Assembly (NCBI GenBank): GCA_027448865.1
Contig: DAIDMR010000069.1
Span: 23,931-87,930, forward strand
From: Vampirovibrio sp.
GTDB lineage: Bacteria; Cyanobacteriota; Vampirovibrionia; Vampirovibrionales; Vampirovibrionaceae
Reading direction: 5' to 3'
Length of the DNA: 64,000 bases
Shown here: positions 1-10,600 of the stretch, in pieces
Layout of the letters: each line of letters begins with the position of its first letter
Numbering within the stretch: position 1 is the first letter of the stretch
Notes under the pieces: generated by a model
Seen by the model: only the letters and a program-made list of their open reading frames with translations
Databases searched by the model: none
Told to the model about the DNA's origin: nothing
Position numbers and translations under genes: made by a program

Positions 1-1
1 G

Positions 2-130
2 TCCGGTCTTAACCCGGACGAAATGTTCCTGCTGGAAAGACAAAGCAAAATATACAAAGGGGACAAAATTAAATACAGGATGATGGATCCCCAAGCTGTA
101 ATCAACAACCTGGAATTGTATGCCAATTAA
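2..130 (+). CDS. 3' end of an upstream gene running off the window edge, probably the periplasmic adaptor (MFP) of the RND pump that follows
   Basis: An open frame runs from the window edge to a TAA stop at 128-130 (...YKGDKIKYRMMDPQAVINNLELYAN*). It sits 18 bp upstream of the RND permease, the usual position of an adaptor gene. Only 43 codons are visible, so the product cannot be confirmed. Confidence 0.3.
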   Translation, partial: SGLNPDEMFLLERQSKIYKGDKIKYRMMDPQAVINNLELYAN

Positions 131-147
131 CTGAGATTTATATCACG

Positions 148-3100
148 ATGTTTCAGAATATACTCAAAAGACCGGTTTTAGGTCTGGTCATCTCAATATT
201 TATCGTATTTTTGGGCTGTCTTTCCATTCAACAACTGCCTATCTCACAGTTTCCACAAATTGCGCCCACAGTCGTCAACGTCTTTATTGCCTACCCGGGC
301 GCCAGTGCAGATGTCCTGACAAAATCCACGTTAATTCCACTGGAGGCGGCCATTAACGGCGTGCCAGGCATGCGCTACATGGCCTCCGACGCGACCAGTG
401 CTGGCGAGGCAACGTTGAGACTGGTTTTTGAACCCGGAACCGATCCAAACCAGGCCGTGGTCAATGTTAAAACACGGGTGGATAGGGTCATGACCTCCCT
501 GCCCGAGTTGGTGCAACGAGAGGGGGTCATCCTATTACCGCTCCAGCCCTCCATGTTGATGTACATCGATTTATATTCTGAATCCAAAAATATCGATCAA
601 AAATACCTTTTTAATTACGCCTACACCAAGCTGATTCCCGAGATTCAACGGATAAACGGGGTGGCCAACGCCAGTTTGCTGGGCACCAGAACCTACTCCA
701 TGAGAATATGGTTAAAGCCGGACAGAATGAGGGCGTACAGCATCTCTCCCGAAGAAGTGGTGAAGGCGGTTAGCGAACAAAGTATTATTGCCCGTCCCGG
801 CAGGTTGGGTCAGAGTTCCGGGAAAAAAGCCCAGTCAACTGAATACGTTCTTGACTATGAGGGTCGATACAATGAGCCCACACAATACGAGAACATCATT
901 ATCAAAAGCTCCGAGTTCGGAGAAATGGTCAAGCTCAGGGATGTCGCCGAGGTTGAACTGGGAAGCGAGTTTTATGACATCTATAACACGCTCGATGGCA
1001 AGCCGTCCGCCTCGCTCATACTAAAGCAAACGCCCAACAGCAATGGGGCAGCCGTCATCAAAAATATTAAGGAAAAGATAAAAGAGCTTGAAAAAGATTT
1101 TCCAGACGGCATCAAAGTCAAGTACAGTTATGATGTTTCCAAATTTCTGGACGCTTCGATTGAGCAGGTAGTGGATACCATCCGAGACGCGTTTATTTTG
1201 GTAACCCTGGTGGTATTTTTATTCCTGGGGGATTGGCGCTCAACCATCATTCCCATTATCGCGGTACCAATTTCACTGATTGGTGCCTTTTTTGTGCTGC
1301 TCTTATTCGGAATGTCCATCAACCTGATTACCCTGTTTGCGGTGGTTCTGGCCATTGGGATTGTGGTGGACGATGCCATAGTTGTGGTAGAAGCCGTCCA
1401 CAGTAAAATGGAGGAAGACCCCACACTTTCTCCCTACGCAGCCACCCAAAAAGCCATGAAGGAATTGGGGGGAGCCATTATTGCCATCACCCTGGTTATG
1501 ATTTCCGTATTCTGTCCGATTGCGTTTATGAGTGGCCCTGTGGGTGTATTTTACAGGCAATTTTCCATTACCATGGCCAGTTCCATTATTATTTCGGGCT
1601 TAGTGGCACTCACTCTGACGCCTGTACTGTGCGCGATGGTTCTCAGAAACCATGGCAGCCACGGCAATCACGCTAGCCACGGCGAAAAAGCCAGCCACAA
1701 AAAATCAAGGAATTTATTGAAACGCGGGATCGATCAATTCAATGTGCTTTTCGATCAATTGACGCAACGATACATGTGGCTCCTGGATAAAATTGTCACA
1801 AAGCGAGTCATAACCTTCGGTGTCATCGTATTATTTGCCATCGGGATTTTTATTTTTAACAAAATCGTCTCCTCAGGTTTTGTACCCAGCGAAGATCAAG
1901 GCACCATCTACGCAATCGTGCAAACGCCTCCGGGATCGACCCTGGAATACACCAATCAGGTCGTGAACCAGTTACAAAAAATTTCCGAAAAAGTAGAGGG
2001 GGTAGAGTCCGTCACCTCAATGGTGGGCTATGAGATTATGACGGAAGGCAGGGGCTCTAATGCGGGCACATGCCTTATCAATCTGAAAAACTGGGAAGAG
2101 AGAAAAGAAAGTGTGCATGACATCATTGAGGCGCTGGAGAAAAAGTCCGAAGCCCTGGGTGCCAAGGTGGAATTTTTTGAACCGCCTGCCATTCCCGGAT
2201 TCGGCACCTCTGGCGGGTTTTCCTTGCGTCTTCTCGACAAATCGGGTGAAACCAATTACCAAGAACTTGAAAAAGTGACCCAGGACTTCATGCGCAATCT
2301 GGAAAAGCGAAAAGAAATTCGAGGTCTGTTTACTTTTTACAACGCCACATACCCTCAATATAAAATCAAAATAGATAACCAATTGGCCATGCAAAAGGGC
2401 GTATCCATTAATAACGCCATGGAAAATTTGAATATTCTAATCAGCGGTTCCTATGAGCAGGGCTTTATCCGGTTTGGTCGCTTTTTCAAAGTGTTTACCC
2501 AGGCGGCTCCGGAGTACAGAAGGAATCTTGATGATCTGAACAATTATTTTGTTAAAAACGATCACGGCGAGATGGTTCCATACAGTTCATTTATGACCAC
2601 TGAAAAAACACAGGGAGCGAATGAGATTACTCGCTATAACCTGTATAACTCTGCCGTCATTCGGGGCTTTCCAGGTAATAACTACACCTCGGGCGATGCC
2701 ATTGACGCCATAAAAGACGTGGCTCTGAAAACCCTTCCCAGAGGCTACGATATTGCCTGGGAGGATCTCTCATACGATCAGGCCAAACGGGGAAATGAGT
2801 TTGCCGTTATCTCCCTGATAGTGGTGCTATTTGTTTATTTGGTATTAGCGGCTCAGTACGAGAGCTTTGTCTTACCCCTGGCAGTGCTATTGTCCTTGCC
2901 CATCGGGATTTTTGGGTCTTACTTCATGCTCAAGCTCATGGGGTTGGCAAACGATGTCTACGCACAGATCGCAATCATCACGCTCATCGGGCTTTTGGGT
3001 AAAAACGCGGTGTTGATTGTCGAGTTTGCGGTGCAAAAGCGCAATGAAGGCTTGTCCATACTGGAGGCTGCGCTTGAAGGGGCAAAAATGCGTTTCAGAC

Positions 3101-3441
3101 CGATTCTGATGACCTCCTTCGCCTTTATAGCCGGACTCCTGCCGCTGGTGTTATCGCACGGCGCGGGCGCGGTGGGAAACAGAACGCTTGGCTCTTCTGC
3201 CATGGGCGGTATGATTTCCGGGACCCTGATTGGCATCGTCATCATCCCCGGATTGTATTTTGCGTTTGCAACCCTGGTCGACGGAAAAAAGCTGTTGCAG
3301 GATGAAACTCAGACAACGTTGACAGAAGCAATCGTTGGCAAAAAGACCAGAAACAAGAAACAGTTCAAAATGCTCAAGCTCATGTTCAGGTTACTCATTC
3401 GTAAACTGAGAACCTCCAGACAAATCAACAAACCGGATTGA
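148..3441 (+). CDS. RND multidrug efflux permease (HAE1 family, AcrB/MexB-like), 1097 aa
   Basis: The length, the 12-TM layout with two large periplasmic loops, and the conserved TM4 segment AIGIVVDDAIVVVE with TM10/11 motifs are typical of AcrB-type pumps. There is an unusual His-rich cytoplasmic insert (HGSHGNHASHGEKASH). Confidence 0.9.
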   Translation: MFQNILKRPVLGLVISIFIVFLGCLSIQQLPISQFPQIAPTVVNVFIAYPGASADVLTKSTLIPLEAAINGVPGMRYMASDATSAGEATLRLVFEPGTDPNQAVVNVKTRVDRVMTSLPELVQREGVILLPLQPSMLMYIDLYSESKNIDQKYLFNYAYTKLIPEIQRINGVANASLLGTRTYSMRIWLKPDRMRAYSISPEEVVKAVSEQSIIARPGRLGQSSGKKAQSTEYVLDYEGRYNEPTQYENIIIKSSEFGEMVKLRDVAEVELGSEFYDIYNTLDGKPSASLILKQTPNSNGAAVIKNIKEKIKELEKDFPDGIKVKYSYDVSKFLDASIEQVVDTIRDAFILVTLVVFLFLGDWRSTIIPIIAVPISLIGAFFVLLLFGMSINLITLFAVVLAIGIVVDDAIVVVEAVHSKMEEDPTLSPYAATQKAMKELGGAIIAITLVMISVFCPIAFMSGPVGVFYRQFSITMASSIIISGLVALTLTPVLCAMVLRNHGSHGNHASHGEKASHKKSRNLLKRGIDQFNVLFDQLTQRYMWLLDKIVTKRVITFGVIVLFAIGIFIFNKIVSSGFVPSEDQGTIYAIVQTPPGSTLEYTNQVVNQLQKISEKVEGVESVTSMVGYEIMTEGRGSNAGTCLINLKNWEERKESVHDIIEALEKKSEALGAKVEFFEPPAIPGFGTSGGFSLRLLDKSGETNYQELEKVTQDFMRNLEKRKEIRGLFTFYNATYPQYKIKIDNQLAMQKGVSINNAMENLNILISGSYEQGFIRFGRFFKVFTQAAPEYRRNLDDLNNYFVKNDHGEMVPYSSFMTTEKTQGANEITRYNLYNSAVIRGFPGNNYTSGDAIDAIKDVALKTLPRGYDIAWEDLSYDQAKRGNEFAVISLIVVLFVYLVLAAQYESFVLPLAVLLSLPIGIFGSYFMLKLMGLANDVYAQIAIITLIGLLGKNAVLIVEFAVQKRNEGLSILEAALEGAKMRFRPILMTSFAFIAGLLPLVLSHGAGAVGNRTLGSSAMGGMISGTLIGIVIIPGLYFAFATLVDGKKLLQDETQTTLTEAIVGKKTRNKKQFKMLKLMFRLLIRKLRTSRQINKPD

Positions 3442-3481
3442 ACATCGAAAACACGGAACCATAGAAAATCAGGAAAACCCT

Positions 3482-4969
3482 ATGAAGTTCATAAAAATAA
3501 TTAGCCTTTTATCGGCACTAACGCTCTTTGTATTGAACACGCAAGAGCCTGTGCTTGCACGGTCCTGGTTTCACCCCCTCAATCTGGTACAAAAAGAGCC
3601 CAAGTTTAATGTTCCTGACAAGTATAGCTATGGCCAGTCCAACGAATACAAGAGCCCAGATGGCTTTGAGAGTGAAGGGCTGGAGAATGCGGCTCATGTC
3701 AGCTGGCGGGAATTTTTCTCAGATCCCTTCCTCATCCGTCTGATCGAAACAGCCCTGTCAAACAATCAGGAATTCAATATCTTTTTGCAAGATATTGAGA
3801 TTGCCAGAAATGAGGTCAAGGAGAAGCAAGCCGAGTACTTGCCCAAAGTAGGCATGGGGATGGGGATTGAAAACTATGCGGTGTCAAAAAATACACGGGA
3901 TGGGGTGTTAGACAAGATTATAGACAGAAACGACTTAACTTCCCGCAATCTGGCTTTGAATATAGGCCCGAACATGACTTGGGAACTGGATATATGGAAA
4001 AAATTAAGAAACGCAAAAGACGCGGCCAGAATGCGTCTCATGGCCCAATACGAGGGCCGGAATTATCTTATCTCACGATTGGTCGCTGAAATCGCCCGCT
4101 GTTATTATGAATTGATGGCTCTGGATAATTCCCTGAAAATATTGGATGAAAATATTCAAATTCAGGAAAAAGCCTTTCTTAAAATGAAGTTGCTGAAAGA
4201 ATATGCCAAAGCCAATAACCTGGCGGTGAATCGGTTTGAAGCACAGTTGTTGAAAACTAAAAGCCAGCGGTTTGAAATAAGCCAAAAAATCGTGGAAAAA
4301 GAAAATCGTCTGAAGTTTTTGTCGGGCATGTACGATAGCGCCCCCATCCCCAGAAACTCCGAAAAACTAATGGCCATGCAGGTTGATGAATTACAGGTCG
4401 GTGTTCCCACTCAACTTTTAGAAAACAGGCCTGATATTCGTCAGGCGGAATTTGCCATCAAGGCGGCAAAACTGGATCTAAAAAGTGTCCAGGCCAGTTT
4501 ATACCCCAGCCTGAGTATTAACGCGACAACTGGTTTTTCAGCGTTTGGCTCCGCTTTGCTGTTCAATCCCAAATCCCTGGTTTACAATTTAATGGGGGAT
4601 TTGACGGCGCCTCTCATCAACAGGAAAGCCATCATCGCCAGAATCGCGATTGCAGACTCTTATCAGACGCAAGTGGTATTAAACTACGAGCAAACCCTTT
4701 TGCAGGCCTACACAGAAGTGCTGAATCAAATGTTAAACATCCGAAACATACAACAAAGTTTTGAGACCAAACAAAGAGAAGTGCGCTTATTGGATACTTC
4801 TGTAGACATTGCCAATAATTTATTTCAATACGCCAAGGCCGATTATGTGGAAGTGCTGCTGACACAAGAAGAAAAACTCAATGCTGAAAAGGAATTGGTG
4901 GAGTTGAAAATGAATTTAATCGGCTCCAAAGTCGATCTGTATCGAGCATTGGGAGGGGGCTGGCGATAA
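3482..4969 (+). CDS. RND efflux outer membrane factor (NodT/OprM/TolC family), 495 aa
   Basis: It lies 41 bp downstream of the RND permease and has an N-terminal signal peptide. The size and the two-repeat helical/beta organisation are typical of OMF proteins (ends ...DLYRALGGGW). Confidence 0.8.
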   Translation: MKFIKIISLLSALTLFVLNTQEPVLARSWFHPLNLVQKEPKFNVPDKYSYGQSNEYKSPDGFESEGLENAAHVSWREFFSDPFLIRLIETALSNNQEFNIFLQDIEIARNEVKEKQAEYLPKVGMGMGIENYAVSKNTRDGVLDKIIDRNDLTSRNLALNIGPNMTWELDIWKKLRNAKDAARMRLMAQYEGRNYLISRLVAEIARCYYELMALDNSLKILDENIQIQEKAFLKMKLLKEYAKANNLAVNRFEAQLLKTKSQRFEISQKIVEKENRLKFLSGMYDSAPIPRNSEKLMAMQVDELQVGVPTQLLENRPDIRQAEFAIKAAKLDLKSVQASLYPSLSINATTGFSAFGSALLFNPKSLVYNLMGDLTAPLINRKAIIARIAIADSYQTQVVLNYEQTLLQAYTEVLNQMLNIRNIQQSFETKQREVRLLDTSVDIANNLFQYAKADYVEVLLTQEEKLNAEKELVELKMNLIGSKVDLYRALGGGWR

Positions 4970-4991
4970 TAGTGCAGGGCCTTACAGAGAT

Positions 4992-6665
4992 CTAACTTCT
5001 TGGGGTAATCAATTCGACCGGGGCCACTTCATAAATTCTTTTACTCACATTGTCGGCCAAAAACAAGCGATGAAGCACCGGATCATAGGTCAGCCCAAAC
5101 TGGCCGGCGGTTCCGGTAGCCGTACTGCCCAAATCGGTGAGGTTAATGGAGAGATACGGGGTCATGGCCAAGCTATAGCTGCCAGTGCGAGGAATCCGGT
5201 ACAGATCCAGGTAATTATTACCACCGGATGCATACACCTGATTGCGCACAATTAGAAAATCACCGGTGGTCGGCTCAATTTCAAAGCCGCCTATTTGCGA
5301 AGCGGTAGCGATGGCGCTGGGTAATTGCCACTTGTTACCAGTTTCGGTCTGGGGCGCGGTGGAGTCCGGGCCGTTCAACTCCACGATTTTGAAAAACCCG
5401 TCATTATCCACCCGTGTAATGTAAAGTCGTCGGTTGTTGGGATTAAAAGCCATAAAAAGCCTGCTGGACTGGGCCGTTACAAAGGTGGCGGCAGCGCCGC
5501 CCGCCACTTCGGTCAGGGGACTGATACTGTTCAGGTTATAGCGATGATAGCGTTCGCTGGTGGTATTACTAATGGCGTGAAGTGTGTTGCCGTCATCTTC
5601 AATGGCCACCCCTCTGGCGGGATATTTTCCGTCATTTAGGGCGTAAGGCTGATTGATAAATACCCCGTTGCGCTCGGTGGTGTAAAGAATGGAATGCGAG
5701 TCACTGCCGATGATCAACCGATCATGGGCGGAATCCCAGGCCAAATCCACAGTGTTAAAGCCAGCGGGCCACATGTTATTGACCGTGCTGTCAAACGAAA
5801 AAGACTGCACCAACTGGGTGTCTTTCACCCCCGGGGCCACCGCCGCCAGATTACTGCGCACCGGGCCCGGGGCCACGGCAATAAAAATATACTGGGGCAG
5901 GGTACGCATCGTTTCGGGTCTACCGGTGCCGGTGGTGAAGTTAAAGTTATTCAATACAACCTTACTGGAATAGGTGGGATTTAAGGAATTGGCGGTTACC
6001 CCGAACCATGAATTTGCAGCGGTACCACAATTCACCTGAGTCTGGGTGGTGTCACCGCTACCCAGCACCCCGTTGGCGTTGTTATCCAAGTAATCAATAC
6101 AATTGTTGGCAGAATGGGCAAACAAAAACCGGGGCCCGCTGGCATTGACCAACCGGTACTTGTTAAAGCCGGAAATGCGGTAAGGGGAGCCCCAGGTGGC
6201 CCCGCCATCGTCGGAACGTTTGAGATAGGGAAACGTCCCTCCGGACTGCTGTAAGGGACAGGTGGTATCGGTACTGGCCGCTTGCACGCTGCTGTAATAA
6301 CAGATGCCGTACACTTTTTTAACCGCATCGCCGGTGCTGGGATCATAGGTGGTGTATTCCAACCGGTTCCGGAAGGAATTGGGACTGATGTAGGCCCCTC
6401 GGTGCAAATCCTCCCGGATGTCATCGATCAGGCTGTGTACTTCGCTGGCCAGCTTGAACCGGTCGTTAAGGGAGACGGAACGAAGATTGGCCCCAAAGAG
6501 CAAGTTCCCCATGGAGAGCAATACAAAGCCCATCAGGGCCATGGCAATCAGCATTTCCACCAGGGTTAAGCCCGGCTGTCTTTTTTGAACCGTCAAACGC
6601 TGAAAGCAGGCCATGGGGTTAAGTCCTTTTCTTAATGGAAAGCGCCTGAATGTAGGGATCGTCAT
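4992..6665 (-). CDS. Type IV pilin-like protein with a prepilin N-terminal methylation motif and a large C-terminal domain (PilV/PilW-class minor pilin or tip-associated protein), 557 aa
   Basis: The N-terminus ...KRQPGLTLVEMLIAMALMGFVLL matches the class III signal peptide/GFxxxE-type motif (cleavage after G, invariant E5). It is the last gene of a minus-strand cluster with two other pilin-like genes. Confidence 0.55.
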   Translation of the reverse strand: MTIPTFRRFPLRKGLNPMACFQRLTVQKRQPGLTLVEMLIAMALMGFVLLSMGNLLFGANLRSVSLNDRFKLASEVHSLIDDIREDLHRGAYISPNSFRNRLEYTTYDPSTGDAVKKVYGICYYSSVQAASTDTTCPLQQSGGTFPYLKRSDDGGATWGSPYRISGFNKYRLVNASGPRFLFAHSANNCIDYLDNNANGVLGSGDTTQTQVNCGTAANSWFGVTANSLNPTYSSKVVLNNFNFTTGTGRPETMRTLPQYIFIAVAPGPVRSNLAAVAPGVKDTQLVQSFSFDSTVNNMWPAGFNTVDLAWDSAHDRLIIGSDSHSILYTTERNGVFINQPYALNDGKYPARGVAIEDDGNTLHAISNTTSERYHRYNLNSISPLTEVAGGAAATFVTAQSSRLFMAFNPNNRRLYITRVDNDGFFKIVELNGPDSTAPQTETGNKWQLPSAIATASQIGGFEIEPTTGDFLIVRNQVYASGGNNYLDLYRIPRTGSYSLAMTPYLSINLTDLGSTATGTAGQFGLTYDPVLHRLFLADNVSKRIYEVAPVELITPRS

Positions 6666-7566
6666 TGGTCGTGTTACTGTTGGGAGCTATCGTGATGTCC
6701 AGATTGCCATCGGTGACCACCACGTCAAACATTTGCACATTGGCGCAAAAAGTTTGGTTGCCACAATATTGGGGGGCAAAATATGGATTACCCGGATTCA
6801 TTAACTTCCCTTCCAGGAAGATGTCCATAAGCCGAAGTACCGCCGCGTTGTTTTCAACAAAATAGAGCTTGACCGTATATAAACCTGTGGATACGGGAGC
6901 AGTATAGGTGATGGAGCCCGTGCTGTTTACCCACCAGCCACCCCGATAAATATCGGCATCCCGGTGAGAGGGCAGGTTAGTGATGGGCTGGGTTGGATAA
7001 TTGGTATACAAGCTGCTGGCGTTATTAATGCCGGGTACCATGGCAGCCCCATTGTAGAGAACCCATGGATTCCACCACTGCCCGGAGGAGTCCATGTAGC
7101 CTGCCTGCGGGGTGTCAAAGCGAACCCGCAGAGTGTTGCGGGTCTGAATGACCTTGGTGCTGTAGCGGGGGGCGTTAGCCGCATCGGCAGCGGTGTTGTA
7201 CAGGTAGTAAAACACCGTTTTCTGGAAGCTGTCCGAGGCCCCGGCATTGGTGGTATCCACCACGGAGCGCCAGGGAATGACCTGCCCGGATTCGGTGGTG
7301 TCGGTATTCATGGCGGCAAGGTTGTATACGGGGACAAAATTATTCCGATCCACGTTCATTTCATCCTGCAGGCTATTCAGCAAAATGCTGCGGGTAGACT
7401 GCAAGTACACGTCGCGGGCGTTTTGGCCGGTTCGGGTCAGCATGAGGGCACAAGGCAGAATGGTGGCCGACAGCATGGTGATCATCAACAGCACTTCCAG
7501 CAGGGAAAGACCCTTGGCGGCCCTTTGGGATGGCCTGGCCTGCTTCAGTGGTGTCTCGATGTCCAT
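6619..7566 (-). CDS. Type IV pilus minor pilin-like protein (prepilin-type N-terminus), 315 aa
   Basis: The N-terminal region AAKGLSLLEVLLMITMLSATIL is a prepilin-like hydrophobic helix with a conserved Glu. Its 3' end overlaps the next pilin-like gene by 47 bp. Confidence 0.5.
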   Translation of the reverse strand: MDIETPLKQARPSQRAAKGLSLLEVLLMITMLSATILPCALMLTRTGQNARDVYLQSTRSILLNSLQDEMNVDRNNFVPVYNLAAMNTDTTESGQVIPWRSVVDTTNAGASDSFQKTVFYYLYNTAADAANAPRYSTKVIQTRNTLRVRFDTPQAGYMDSSGQWWNPWVLYNGAAMVPGINNASSLYTNYPTQPITNLPSHRDADIYRGGWWVNSTGSITYTAPVSTGLYTVKLYFVENNAAVLRLMDIFLEGKLMNPGNPYFAPQYCGNQTFCANVQMFDVVVTDGNLDITIAPNSNTTNDDPYIQALSIKKRT

Positions 7567-7644
7567 GGGTTGCTTGTCCTCTCGACTCCGGTTAAAGGGT
7601 TTGGTAGAGCTTGGTAGAGATTAATGGAGAAGTTTCCTGAAGTG

Positions 7645-10600
7645 TCAGGGGGTGCCGTAGTAACTGCGCTGATCCTGTTCCAGCATAGCCAGTTGAGTCC
7701 CGCTCATGGCGTTGGGATACAGAATGACCTCGCTGACCCCCCCGGCCCAGAGGTCACCGAGGAAGAGAAAGGGCGCCACCCCCAGCCAGAGCCGGTTGAT
7801 GCCGAAGGCACCGCTGCTGGCCACAGAGGTGCCATAGACTCCATTGACGCGAATTTCATGGAAACTGCCGTTAAAAACGGACGTGGCCTGAAAGGGCTGG
7901 TTCAGGGTAAAGGCCGGGGATATGCCCAGCGTGGCGTTATTCCGGTAACTAAACAACTGGTTGGTACTGCCGTAACGGCGCAGAAAGGAAGCCGATTCCG
8001 GCGTGGCGTAATCATAGACGTCCGAACTTTTGTTGCCACCAAACAGCCTGCCAGCAGTACCCGTAGAACCGTCCATGCTGGCCACCACCAGCGCTCTGGC
8101 ATTGGTGCCGGTAAAGTTGAGGGTGCCGGCAGTGTTCATGCAGTTGTTTAAACCGTTAAACTGAATGGCGGGGCGACCCGTTTTTCTATCCAGCCGAATC
8201 ACCGGCTGTAATTCCCGAACGCCTTGCCTGAAATTGAAGCCATTGCCGCTTTGGTCGTACCATGTGGTCACAAAACCGGTGTCCGGAACCTTGTCGTTGA
8301 TGTTGTAATAGGCCATTTGATTGCCTTCCAGACGATTTCGTGTGGCGGTGGTAACGCTGGTGTTATAAATAATCAGTTCTGACATGGCCGCACTGGCACC
8401 GGGATAAAAACCAATCTCGTTATGCCCCAGAACAGCCACTCCCTGTGGGGTAATATCCGTATCGGTGTCCGGTGTGGAAGCATCCACAAGGCCATTGACA
8501 AACAAGCTATAGTCGATCCCCCGGTTTCGTTGAAAGGAAACCAGTTGACCCGTACCATCACTGGGAATGGTATAAGAACCTGTCCGCACAGTTTGATTGG
8601 TTCCATCATTCCGGCGTGTCACAAGCGCAAATTTCCCGGAAGACTTTATTAAACCCACAATTGGATTGCTATTGCCAGCGGGATTACGATCCAGGAAGTT
8701 CGCAGTATCAACACTGCCATAGTCGGCCAGTATAGTGGAATACCACCACCCACCGGTTCCCGCCATGAGATTTGTACCCGACCCCAGCAAAATCCGACTG
8801 CCTATGTTACGCATGGCAGGTCGCCCATTAATGGTATCCAAAACCCCGGCATTCGTAATGCGAGGCTGATTGGCTGCGGTGGGCTGGGTCAGGTGCCGGT
8901 TATTCCCGCTTTGGTCATACCAGATGGAGACAAAACAACTGCTGATGCCGCAAAACTTGAACAAGTTTGCGAGATCCAGATTTCCTTTGGAATCAAAACC
9001 AATAATCTGGGTGCTGTTATCACTGCTGCGACGCACCTGAATAGCTTTATCATCATCAGTTGTCCCGGTATTGTCCGTAATTAATCTGCGTAAGCCGTAA
9101 GCGGCGGTGGCACTGGGTACGGTTACCAGCGGCGGGGTATAGCCCGGGTCCTCCAGAGTGAGCTGGTAATAGCGAGCATCGTCGTTCTCCAGAATTTGCC
9201 GTTCGGCGGTGGTTAAATCAGTCGGGTATTGAATCCATTCCCCCACAGCCCCTTTAAAATAGCCGTAGGGCGCATGGACAGTCGGCGGGCCGCCGATGAA
9301 TACGGGGGTAAATAAATCCCCTCGTAACGATGTAAATCCCACGTCGACCAGTTTACTATTGACAAAGAGAAAAGGCTGCTTGTTGATGTAGTTGTACGAT
9401 ACTATAAGACCATCGTTGTTATTGGGGCTGATGCTGGCGTTGGCAAGGCATGGCATGTAAGAGTTCCCATGCTCATAGACACCCACCCCATTTTCCCCCA
9501 GCGAGATCCCCGAACCGGCGTTGACTGCTCCCCCTTGGGGGGGACTGAGCAGATACTTTTGACCACCAGTCCCCGACGAACCGCTGGTTGCTTTGGACTG
9601 CAAGGTAATGCTTGCCCCGGCGTCCACCTGAGCGACCACAAGATTGAAGGAACTGTTGGCTAAATTGTTGGTGGCTCCAGCAATGGCGTCATCCACACCA
9701 TCAAATCGAAGGGCCACCCGGCCATTGATCATCTCCAGGGCCCCGGCATTCACAATACGGGGTTGCGCGGTCAGTGTGGACTGGGTGGCATTTCGGCCAT
9801 TGCCGCTCTGGTCATACCAGGTGGTTACAAAACAACTATCCGTCTTGCAAAAGCTGAGCAAGGAGGGCGTGTCCAAATCCCCATTGGGCAAAAAGCCGAT
9901 GTTGGTGGTCGTGTCATCGCTACTGCGCCTGACGATAATGGCGTTGCCCGTGTAGGCGGTGTTGATTTTCCTTAAACTATAAGCCCGAAATGCGCCAGTC
10001 ACCCGATCCAGCGGTTTGGGGTAGGTGGTCAGGTTATCATTCAGGAAAGTCATCAAGGCGGGCATGTCCAAATCGCCATTGGGTAAAAACCCGATATCTG
10101 TTTCGGCGTTGTCACTGCCGCGCCGCACCCGAATGGCCCGGGTAATGGCGGCGTCGCTGGTCAGTCGGCGCATGCCATAAGCGGCGGTGGCCCCTGCAAT
10201 GTTGTTGAATGCCATTGGGTAAATGTCGCGCGTCAGGGTCAATAACTGGCTGACGCTGGACTGGCTGCTCCCCACCGTGGCCGTTACCACAACCAGCACG
10301 GTGTTACCATTCACATAACTGACCCGGCTGGTGTAAGAGCCAACCGAGCGGGTAGCCCCAGCCAGACTGTCGGGGCTCTGGGGCATGAGGACATAGGCCG
10401 GATCATTAGTGGAGTTGAAAGAAGCGCCCGCGGCAATGGTTTGCCCGGTATTGTATGAGGTCTGAAGCCGAGCGGTCACCGCCCTCATCCCGCTTTTGGC
10501 CAGTTCCTCTGCCGCCAGGCGGTTCTGGCTGGCGCTGCCCATAACAATGGCTGACAAAGGGCCGCTCATTAATTGCAAAGAGGCGCCAATGGCCATGGTG

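Noticed and set aside
331-587. Multiple 60-125-aa ORFs antisense to, or out of frame within, large genes. These include 331-516, 375-587, 2017-2394, 5070-5984, 6032-6424, 6964-8151, 12133-14469, 36000-38635, 44100-44902 and 62125-63208.
   Set aside because: Each is embedded in a much longer, domain-bearing ORF on the other strand or frame. They have no independent start context or recognisable domain. They are typical shadow ORFs of GC-biased coding sequence.
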